Part shown: in pieces, positions 17,961-25,847 of the stretch
How positions within the stretch are numbered: position 1 is the stretch's first letter
Layout of the letters: each line of letters begins with the position of its first letter
IMG/VR virus record: IMGVR_UViG_3300042874_000443
Location: 64,001 to 128,000 of that record
From: a virus
DNA length: 64,000 bases
Direction: 5' to 3' (one strand)
Translations under genes and position numbers: made by a program
Notes under the pieces: model-generated
What the model saw: the letters and a program-made list of their open reading frames with translations, nothing else
Database searches by the model: none
Told to the model about the DNA's origin: nothing

Positions 17961-18428
17961 ATGCAGGTTCAGAGGATCGACAACATGTTCAACTTCACGT
18001 TCGAGAAGTCCGCCGACGAGGTCATCGCTGCTGCCAAGAAGAAGGTGGTCGACGTTCGCAACAAGATCGAGGAGCGCGGCGTACGCATTCAGAAAATGCG
18101 TGCGGAACACAAGGTCACCGATGCCGTGCTCATCGACATCCAGAACCAGATGCGTGCGCAGGACAAGCGCGGCGTCGAGCGGATGTCGTACACGTCGAAT
18201 GCGCAGACGAGCGCGGGTGGCGTCCAGGAGGAAGTGACCATCGGCGCCGGCGTCATCAACTTCTTGATCACCGAGCAGGATCACATGGACGGCGAGAAGG
18301 CGCAGGTCGAACGTCCCGAGACGATCATCCGCAACCTGCGCGACGTCACGGCGTACACGGCCAACGGCACGTCCTACGTGAACAAGTTCAAGGTCGGCTA
18401 CGAAGAGCTGAAGTACCTTGGATTTTGA
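17961..18428 (+). CDS. Hypothetical coiled-coil protein
   Basis: AGGAG RBS; typical codon use. Confidence 0.75.
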   Translation: MQVQRIDNMFNFTFEKSADEVIAAAKKKVVDVRNKIEERGVRIQKMRAEHKVTDAVLIDIQNQMRAQDKRGVERMSYTSNAQTSAGGVQEEVTIGAGVINFLITEQDHMDGEKAQVERPETIIRNLRDVTAYTANGTSYVNKFKVGYEELKYLGF

Positions 18429-18454
18429 TTAGAAATCCGTCATGATTTCTAGTC

Positions 18455-18889
18455 GTGCCTGTCTGTTCTGCCTGCAAACGTCCCAAGCGAAAGGATCAGT
18501 TCCACTTCGCCAACAAGGCGCGTGGCGAGCGGCACCGCAAATGTAAGACCTGCGCTTGCAAAACAGCGCATCAGTACTACCGAGACAATCGTGACGCTGT
18601 TTTAGTGACAGTCGCCCGACGAACTGTTCGTCGGAAACGTGAATGGCAGCAATGGATCGACGGTCTCAAGGACGCACCTTGTCTTGATTGCGGTGGGCGC
18701 TTTCCAAGCTACTGCATGGACTTCGACCACTGCAGAGGCGGAGCCAAGCGCTATTCAATCTCGGAACTGACGTCTAACCGTCTTTGGTCAAAGACACGCA
18801 TCTTGACGGAAATCGCAAAGTGCGATCTCGTGTGTGCAAACTGCCATCGGATCCGTACACACAAACGACGCAAGACGCACAAGTATTAG
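18455..18889 (+). CDS. Free-standing HNH endonuclease
   Basis: CLDCG...MDFDH...EIAKCDLVCANCHRIRT; N-terminal CxxC pairs; more AT-rich. Confidence 0.82.
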   Translation: MPVCSACKRPKRKDQFHFANKARGERHRKCKTCACKTAHQYYRDNRDAVLVTVARRTVRRKREWQQWIDGLKDAPCLDCGGRFPSYCMDFDHCRGGAKRYSISELTSNRLWSKTRILTEIAKCDLVCANCHRIRTHKRRKTHKY

Positions 18890-19677
18890 AGGTACGCGTC
18901 TTCGGTCGAAAGGCCGACACGCGTCTTCAGCTCGTTGTGCAGGAGCTGCATGCCGTTGATCTTGATCTGCCGCACGCGTTCGGGGCACATGCCCATGATG
19001 GCGGCGATCTGCACGAGGTTGCGCGCGTCGTCCTTGACGCCGTAGTAGAGGTTCAACACCGTCTGCTCGCGTGGCGGTAGCCGATCGATTCCTTCACGCA
19101 CGATGGCGCGGAGACGTTCGGCGCCGTAACACGATGTCGGCTCGGCATCGACCACGTCGGGTGTGTGGCGAGCTGCATCGATCGGCATGACGATCCCTTC
19201 AGGGAGTCCGGGGTCCATCGCCATGACCGACTTGCTCTCGGGGCCGTGTTCTTGAACAGCCGCTCGAAACTCCCGCGCCTGCCGGCGCTGTGCTTTCTGT
19301 CGGTGGGCAGGGACGTGGACGAGCGACGCGGTCGTGTAGTCCTGGTTCGACATCTCTTCGTAGATCCACCAGCCGGCGTACGTCAGGAAACGGATGTACG
19401 GCTTGCGTGCCCCGTCGAACTTGTCGGCGGCCTTGAGCAACCCGAGGTTGCCGGCGGCGATGAAGTCCTTGACGGCCTCGGGATCCTTGGTGCGCTTGTG
19501 CGCCATCTTCACGACGAAACGTAGATGGGTTTGCACGATGGCGTCGCGCGCCTTCACGTCCCCTTGCTGTTGCCAGCGACGGATCAGACGTTTTTCTTCC
19601 GCCGCGTCCTCTACGAGAGGGGTGCGTGCGATCTCCGAGTAGTACATCGAAGCGACACGCATCTGGGTTGCAACCAT
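18886..19677 (-). CDS. Sigma-70 family factor, RpoH/RpoS-like
   Basis: Start reassigned to ATG 19677; region 1.2 YYSEIARTPL; region 2 HLRFVV...GNLGLLKAADKFD...FLTYAGWWI; region 4 LPPREQTVL...ERVRQI. Confidence 0.92.
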   Translation of the reverse strand: MVATQMRVASMYYSEIARTPLVEDAAEEKRLIRRWQQQGDVKARDAIVQTHLRFVVKMAHKRTKDPEAVKDFIAAGNLGLLKAADKFDGARKPYIRFLTYAGWWIYEEMSNQDYTTASLVHVPAHRQKAQRRQAREFRAAVQEHGPESKSVMAMDPGLPEGIVMPIDAARHTPDVVDAEPTSCYGAERLRAIVREGIDRLPPREQTVLNLYYGVKDDARNLVQIAAIMGMCPERVRQIKINGMQLLHNELKTRVGLSTEDAYL

Positions 19678-19700
19678 GGTTACGGACAACCTACCAAGCG

Positions 19701-19716
19701 TTGATCGACTGATCAA
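19701..19716. promoter_or_regulatory. Palindrome TTGATC-N4-GATCAA (possible operator)
   Basis: Perfect 6-bp inverted repeat in the divergent sigma/SSB intergenic region. Confidence 0.3.
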
Positions 19717-19871
19717 ATAGTTACGCGTATGGCCACTACCTGTGGGGGCCTCGATCTCGTTTCGTACCCCAGGAATAGCGCCAAGATTTTTCGGATCACG
19801 ATGCTTGCCAAACAAACATGCCGGTCACTAGAGTGGCCCTCCACCTTCACTGCATTCCAAAGGAAAGTGAC

Positions 19872-20942
19872 ATGACGAACGCGAACAACGGGACCTCTGA
19901 CGACAAGCCGGCCGAAGCATCCAAGGCCTTGACTGTAAAGGCTTCTATGGGGGCGCAAGCAGCCCTTCTCGACCCGGCCGAACTCGAGGCTGCGGTCGCC
20001 AAGCGTCGCGATGCCCTCATCGCTCTGGCCGAGGATCAGAGCGTGCCCGAAGAGACGCGCCTGGCCATCAAGACGATCGCGGCGCTGGCCTCGCCCAACA
20101 AGCCGGGCATGGAGGAAATGGTCGCCGCATGGAAGGTGCCGCGCATCAACATCGTGCAGCCGACCACACAGTCCGAGGCCAAGCCCGAGGCCGCCAAGAA
20201 CGGCGATCTCTACACCACGGCGGGACAGTTGTTGGAGCGCCCGTGGGGCGGCATCCCGGTCTACTTCTTCGAAGAGAACATCAACTTCCCGCAGCAGGGC
20301 AAGAACCCGGTGTGCCAGGCGCCCGACGCGAAGCTCGGCTCGCCGTTCGGTGAGTGCTTGAAGTGTCCGCACCTGCCGTTCGGAAAGCAGAACGGTGGTC
20401 GCGGCGATCAGCAGCGCACCGACTGCCAGAACAACATCGTCGCAGTGATGTTGACGGCGGACCTCAAGAACAACCCTGCGGTGTACATGGTCCAGTTCGG
20501 CAAGACGTCGCGCAAGGCGGGCTCGGCGCTGATGTCGCTCGCGGGCCAGCAGACGGCGGTCTGGCGTCAGAGCTACATGCTCTCGACCGAGAAGAAGACC
20601 GGCGACCTCGGCTTGTACTACGTGTACAAGGTCGAGCCGACTGGCAAGGACAACCCGGACCACGTGATGCGTCTCGCCGAGGCGCTCTATGGAATGTACG
20701 TCGCGGGGCGCAAGCTGTTCCTCGCTGACTGGTACGCGCGTCCGGCACGTGCGCCGATGGCGGCGGCCGAAGCCGAAGGCCAGTTCGCAGGTGGCGCGCT
20801 CGATGGCAGCCTCGCAGGTGACGGCGTCGAAGCGGATCTCAGCACGCCGGTCGCGCCTGCAGGCGGTGGTGGCACGACGCCGACGACGCCGGCGCCGGCC
20901 GGATCCTCGAAGGGCGCTCGTTCGTCGAACAAGCCGATGTAG
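19872..20942 (+). CDS. Putative ssDNA-binding/annealing protein with Zn motif
   Basis: AAGGA RBS; VPRINIVQ, C...CxxCP..FG...C pattern; flexible C-tail; heads the replication operon. Confidence 0.55.
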   Translation: MTNANNGTSDDKPAEASKALTVKASMGAQAALLDPAELEAAVAKRRDALIALAEDQSVPEETRLAIKTIAALASPNKPGMEEMVAAWKVPRINIVQPTTQSEAKPEAAKNGDLYTTAGQLLERPWGGIPVYFFEENINFPQQGKNPVCQAPDAKLGSPFGECLKCPHLPFGKQNGGRGDQQRTDCQNNIVAVMLTADLKNNPAVYMVQFGKTSRKAGSALMSLAGQQTAVWRQSYMLSTEKKTGDLGLYYVYKVEPTGKDNPDHVMRLAEALYGMYVAGRKLFLADWYARPARAPMAAAEAEGQFAGGALDGSLAGDGVEADLSTPVAPAGGGGTTPTTPAPAGSSKGARSSNKPM

Positions 20943-21093
20943 CCCTAACGGGCAACGAGACCAAGGAAACGAATAGCCTCGGGATAGTTGATGCTGGGTA
21001 GCGCCCGGTACGGAACAAGCCAATTGGTCGGCGCCCGGAAACTTCGTGACCGTCGGAGAGACGACTGACAGCCGGAAAGACGGCACATTTTTT
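20942..21093 (+). ncRNA. Candidate structured RNA with tandem covarying hairpins and U-tract
   Basis: GCCC-TAAC-GGGC hairpin; GACCAA/TTGGTC pairing; 19-nt units TGACCGTCGGAGAGACGAC and TGACAGCCGGAAAGACGGC; then TTTTTT. Confidence 0.5.
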
Positions 21094-21106
21094 CAACCAA
21101 ACAGAG

Positions 21107-21958
21107 GTGCTCGTGGCTGCTTCGTTCGAGATTTCCGCATTCGCCCGCAAGCACGCCCCCTGGTCCTACTCCAAGATGGAGCTGGCCGAGACGTGCCCTG
21201 CGCAGTTCCGGCACAAGCACATCGCCAAGACAACGGCGGCGCCTGCCCCGTCTGACACCAAGGTCGGCATCGTTGCACACGCGGTTCTCGAACACCGCGT
21301 CATGGGCAAGCCTTCAGGCATCGCCAAGAAGACTGCCGTCGAGAAGACGCCTCTGACGACTACGGAGCAGGAGATGCTCCACATGCTCGAAGAGAACATG
21401 GAGGACTTCCTCCGTCGCTTCGACAATTTCTGCAAAGCGCAGGGCGTCACGAAGGTGATGTGCGAAGCGGACTGGGGCTTCACCGACGACTACAAGCCGA
21501 CGGGGTTCTTCGCCGAGAACGTGTTCTTCCGCGGCAAGCTCGACCTGGGGGCGCTCACACGCGACAACGATCTGTTCCTGATCGATCACAAGTCGGGCGA
21601 GGCCAAGCCTCTCGAGCGTGATCAGAAGAAGCGGCAGCAGCTGCAGGCGTATGGCGTGCTCGCGCTTCCCAACATGCCCGACATCGCGGGCGTGCGCGGC
21701 GGCATCCACTTCATGCAAGGCAACCCAGACGAGCGTCTGCAGTGGACGACGTACATCCCCGCTGAACGCATCCGCGCGCTCTACATGCCGTGGTTGTTCG
21801 GGCGCATCAACACATCGGCCGAGAACCTTGCCGAGCCGTTCGAAGCGCGCCCCGCGAAGTCGCTTATGAAGAAGAACAACAAGCCTGGCTGGCCGTGCGG
21901 CTGGTGTCAGTACCAAGACGTCTGTCCCGAGTTCAAGGAGAAGTTCGGTGGCTCGTAA
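21107..21958 (+). CDS. PD-(D/E)XK nuclease, RecB/Cas4-like (second copy)
   Basis: WSYSK...TCP, GKLDL, IDHKSG, QLQAY, CGWCQYQDVCP. Confidence 0.87.
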   Translation: MLVAASFEISAFARKHAPWSYSKMELAETCPAQFRHKHIAKTTAAPAPSDTKVGIVAHAVLEHRVMGKPSGIAKKTAVEKTPLTTTEQEMLHMLEENMEDFLRRFDNFCKAQGVTKVMCEADWGFTDDYKPTGFFAENVFFRGKLDLGALTRDNDLFLIDHKSGEAKPLERDQKKRQQLQAYGVLALPNMPDIAGVRGGIHFMQGNPDERLQWTTYIPAERIRALYMPWLFGRINTSAENLAEPFEARPAKSLMKKNNKPGWPCGWCQYQDVCPEFKEKFGGS

Positions 21959-24900
21959 GGCGAAGGGTCAGGACAACAAGGTCGCGTTCACGCGACTCAA
22001 CCGTGTTTGGACCGACGTCCAGAACGGCGACTGGCTTTCGTGGCTCGCGGAGACGTGCCCCGAGTCGATGTTCACGCTCTCGGGACCGCACATCAAAGGC
22101 CGGTGTCCGTTCCACGATGACTCCACGGCATCGTTCATCGTCACGCCCTACAAGGGCATCGTGCGGTGCTTCGGTTGTCAGAAGCTCTTCTACAACCCGA
22201 TCTATTTCATCGCGGCGCTGAACAACACGAGCGTCGCTGACGCGTTGACGTTCGCGAAGAAACGCTGGGGACTCTCCGCGGCGATCCCCAAGGAGCTGTT
22301 CGAGAAGGTTCGCGACCACGAGGTCTATCAGAAACACAAGACCACGCTGATGAAGTACTTCAGCGAGCTGCTCTTTCAGGCGCTGTCCGCGTTCGGTCGC
22401 GGCACCATCGTCGATGAACATCTGCACTGGGCGCTGCCGACCGTCACGTATTTGATGGACCGCAAGCTCGGAGAGAGCGCGCGCAACGAGCTGGTCGCAG
22501 AGAAGGATCAGCCGAACGGATCGTTCGATCAATTCGGTGTGTGGGTCACGGTCTGCAACCGCGAGCTGCTCGGCATCTTTCCGCCCATCGCGTTCGTACG
22601 CGAGCACTTCGGTGAGACGTCGGAGGAGTTCAAGTTCTTCAGGAGCTACTTCGGCAAGTACACCGATGGCCAAGCGTACATCGGCCATCTCGTGTTCCCG
22701 TTCGACGATACGCCGACGTCCATCTGCCGCTTCAAGCTGCGCGAGCCCGCCAAACCGGCCAAGAGCCAAGCGTGGGTCGAGGACAACTATGAAACGGAGA
22801 TGGGCAACTTCCGTGGCTTCTACGGGCTGCGCTACTACCGCCCGTACCTCAGCTCGCAGGACCACGGGATGGACGGCCCCAAGGAGGGCTTCATCAGCTA
22901 CCTGTCCGAGGGCGAGTTCGACGTGCTCTGCGCGATCGCACAGCAGATCCGGCGATCGTCGGATGACTACATCGCGCTCGCGCTCAGTGGTGGCGGCGCT
23001 CAGGCGGTCGATCGGTTGACGTCGTTTGGCGTTAGCCGTGCGTGGTTGGTGCCCGACCGCGATCGGGGTGGCGACGACTTCGTCAAGCACGTGCTCGAGG
23101 AGACGCGGTCCAAGACGCTCTCGTTCCGTGTGTTCCTGTGGCCCGACGAGTATGTGGACTGGCACGACCCGACGCGTCCTGACGCGCGCATCAAGGATCC
23201 GGACGACGCCATCCGCGAGATCGGGTATCCGCGTTGGGTTCGCTACGTCACGAACGAGAAGGGATACTCGGCTGCATCGGAGTGGTGCTACGACCAGGCG
23301 TCGGCCGAGATCTCGCGCAGCGGTACGACCGACGTTTCTGCAATCAACCAAGTGGCCAAGCGGTGGGGTGCTCTCCTACGTGATGAGCAGGTGTGCAGCT
23401 CGTACTGCACCGCCATCGCAACAGACCATGGATTGGATGCGGTCATCCTTCGACGCGACATCCTGGTCAAGGATGACAACGAAGAGGAGTTCATCAAACG
23501 CCTCTACATCTCGTTGCTCGAGAACTACCATCCCGTCGGCATTCAGAACGCGGAGGGGCGCAAGCGCATCTTGTCCCTCTGGAACAAGACGAGCCGAACC
23601 ACGGACACCATCGTGCTCAACGATGAGCGTAGTGCCGAGACGTTCATCTCACGGCACTACGGTCCGATCTACGACTTCATCTCGAAGACGGTAGGTGACC
23701 CGCCCTTCATCGTAGGTAACGACGACGAAGAGACCGCCTTCAACATCACGATGAAGGCCAAGAAGTATCGCGAGTACCTGAACTACGCCCTGCTCAAGAT
23801 GGCAAAGGACCTACCGTCAATGGACCACGCACCGATGAAGGCCCAAGGCATCCACATGATCGAGACCACGGAAGGCCGGATGCGGTCGTACATGGTCAAC
23901 GGTCGAGACGTGTACAGCCTGATTCACGATGGTGCGAACTTCACGCCGACGCTGCTCGATGGTCCGCGTCACGAGGGCGTCATCTTCGACAACACCGGGC
24001 AGGCGTGGATCGACAGCGTCGGCGGCGTCGCGGACTTGAACGCGAAGGTCGACCTGGTCGAGCTGTACGTGCGCGTTCGGGACATGGTCGAGACGGGTTG
24101 GTCGTTCCGCTACCAGCAGCTCGACTGCACGTTCCTCGCGGCGTACGTGATGTGCCTCGCGGTGATGAACGTCTTCACACGCCAGACGGCCGTCATCCTC
24201 AACGCCGAACACGAGTCCGGCAAGAGCAAGTTCACCGCAGGCTTCGTTGGCGGGTCAGGGTCATCGCGCATCAACGTGGTGGCGCACGCCCTGACGATGC
24301 AGGGCTACACGGCTGCATCCATCCGTCAGCGTCACAACAACACGAGCCTGTGCTTGTGTCTGGAGGAGTTCGAGGACTACGGCGGCAACGACGCAAAGTC
24401 GATCGCCGTGCGTCGCGTCCTCGAGCTGTGTCGCGACCTCATCTCGGAAACGGCGGTCAACTGGTCCATCGGAACTACGACGGGCGAGAGCAGGACGTAC
24501 CACCTGCGCTTCCCGTTGGTGGCGTGCGCCATTCGTCCGTTGCGCGACGCTGCGTCGCTCTCACGTTTCGTTCAGTTCGAGCTGGTGAAGGACGCGAGCC
24601 GCATCGACCCCGTGCTCGCCATCACCGGCAAGTTCGGTGACGACCTGATCAAGCAGACGCGACACGACATGGTGGTGGGGCTCCTGCCGCACATGCTCGC
24701 GCTGCGCACACACCAGGGCCTGGTCGAGCAGGAGTACGTTTCGGGCAACAAGCTGCCGCAGCATGCGTCGTCGCGTTTCCGCGAAGCGATGTTCCCTGTG
24801 CTGGCGATGCTGCGTTTGCTGAGCGACTTGGCGAAGGCGCGCGGCACGACGAACCCGATCCCGGACTACCGTACGTTCGCCTACGACTTCGCCGAATCCC

Positions 24901-25463
24901 GTCGCGAGCAGCTCGCGCGCCTCAAGACGACGTCGGAGAATGAGCAGATCTTCGAGACCATCCTGGGCTCGGCGATCCAGACCGCAACGGTCGGCACGCA
25001 GGACCAGATGTCCGGCATGACCACCATCCGCGTGATGCTCGGAGACCTGAACAAGCTCGACGACATCAACAAGACGAAGAAGGGCGTCTACCTCGATTCG
25101 AAGATGGAGTGGCTCGTCGTGAACTGGGTCGAAGCTTCGCAGGGCCTTCTGGCGCAGACGAAGTACCGCACCGAGACACCGACGTTCCTCAAGCAGGTGT
25201 CGGAGCGCTCCCCGCACTACATCAGCAACGAGCAGGTCAAGCACGCGCGCGTGCTCGAACGTCTTGTGGACGTGATGGGGCCATGTCAACCGATCGACCT
25301 GATTTCGGTGTTCTCGATCAAGCACCTGCTTGATGCGACACGCGCCCGTCGGGAAGAGGTGATGGCCAAGACGGCGACGCCCGCGGACAAGCCGGTCGAG
25401 ATCGACAACGACAAACCCCAAATCAGCGGAAGCGGAACTGACGACGACGACATCGTCGTGTAG
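21948..25463 (+). CDS. DnaG-type primase fused to a P-loop helicase-like domain
   Basis: CHC2 Zn finger CPFHDD...CFGC; TOPRIM EGEFD, PDRD, KDPDD; C-terminal AEHESGKS and LCLEEFE. Confidence 0.85.
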   Translation: MARKAKGQDNKVAFTRLNRVWTDVQNGDWLSWLAETCPESMFTLSGPHIKGRCPFHDDSTASFIVTPYKGIVRCFGCQKLFYNPIYFIAALNNTSVADALTFAKKRWGLSAAIPKELFEKVRDHEVYQKHKTTLMKYFSELLFQALSAFGRGTIVDEHLHWALPTVTYLMDRKLGESARNELVAEKDQPNGSFDQFGVWVTVCNRELLGIFPPIAFVREHFGETSEEFKFFRSYFGKYTDGQAYIGHLVFPFDDTPTSICRFKLREPAKPAKSQAWVEDNYETEMGNFRGFYGLRYYRPYLSSQDHGMDGPKEGFISYLSEGEFDVLCAIAQQIRRSSDDYIALALSGGGAQAVDRLTSFGVSRAWLVPDRDRGGDDFVKHVLEETRSKTLSFRVFLWPDEYVDWHDPTRPDARIKDPDDAIREIGYPRWVRYVTNEKGYSAASEWCYDQASAEISRSGTTDVSAINQVAKRWGALLRDEQVCSSYCTAIATDHGLDAVILRRDILVKDDNEEEFIKRLYISLLENYHPVGIQNAEGRKRILSLWNKTSRTTDTIVLNDERSAETFISRHYGPIYDFISKTVGDPPFIVGNDDEETAFNITMKAKKYREYLNYALLKMAKDLPSMDHAPMKAQGIHMIETTEGRMRSYMVNGRDVYSLIHDGANFTPTLLDGPRHEGVIFDNTGQAWIDSVGGVADLNAKVDLVELYVRVRDMVETGWSFRYQQLDCTFLAAYVMCLAVMNVFTRQTAVILNAEHESGKSKFTAGFVGGSGSSRINVVAHALTMQGYTAASIRQRHNNTSLCLCLEEFEDYGGNDAKSIAVRRVLELCRDLISETAVNWSIGTTTGESRTYHLRFPLVACAIRPLRDAASLSRFVQFELVKDASRIDPVLAITGKFGDDLIKQTRHDMVVGLLPHMLALRTHQGLVEQEYVSGNKLPQHASSRFREAMFPVLAMLRLLSDLAKARGTTNPIPDYRTFAYDFAESRREQLARLKTTSENEQIFETILGSAIQTATVGTQDQMSGMTTIRVMLGDLNKLDDINKTKKGVYLDSKMEWLVVNWVEASQGLLAQTKYRTETPTFLKQVSERSPHYISNEQVKHARVLERLVDVMGPCQPIDLISVFSIKHLLDATRARREEVMAKTATPADKPVEIDNDKPQISGSGTDDDDIVV

Positions 25464-25466
25464 GGT

Positions 25467-25847
25467 ATGTTTATGGAATCGACATCCTCAGACCTTGTAC
25501 GCGCCTTAACACAGGCTTTGCACGCTCAAAACGACGCTCTGAAGGCGCTGAACCTACTGCCATACGGCATGCATCGGGACGATGACCACGTGTTCGACCC
25601 GTTGAATGATGTAGATGTTTCCTACGTGTTGTACAACGAAGGTGTTATGGATGCCTCAACAGGCAAACGTGTTATTCGACACGGTCCTTGGTTGGAGCGT
25701 TCGGTTAAGACCGGGCGCTTCAGTACAGACACCTCAACGCTTGCCGCGATTGTCGAGAAGACGGCGTGCCATGTAGCCGCTGCCATCTTGAACTATCGCA
25801 TAACACATGCCGCGCTCATGGCAGCGCACAAGGCGACCGGTGGTTGA
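25467..25847 (+). CDS. Hypothetical protein
   Basis: Fills the gap between primase and polymerase; more AT-rich. Confidence 0.55.
   Translation: MFMESTSSDLVRALTQALHAQNDALKALNLLPYGMHRDDDHVFDPLNDVDVSYVLYNEGVMDASTGKRVIRHGPWLERSVKTGRFSTDTSTLAAIVEKTACHVAAAILNYRITHAALMAAHKATGG

Noticed and set aside
19701-19716. FNR box
   Set aside because: Spacer between TTGAT and ATCAA is 6 nt, not 4; kept only as a generic palindrome
21047-21084. Mini CRISPR array next to a Cas4-like gene
   Set aside because: Two adjacent 19-nt units with no spacer; no other cas genes
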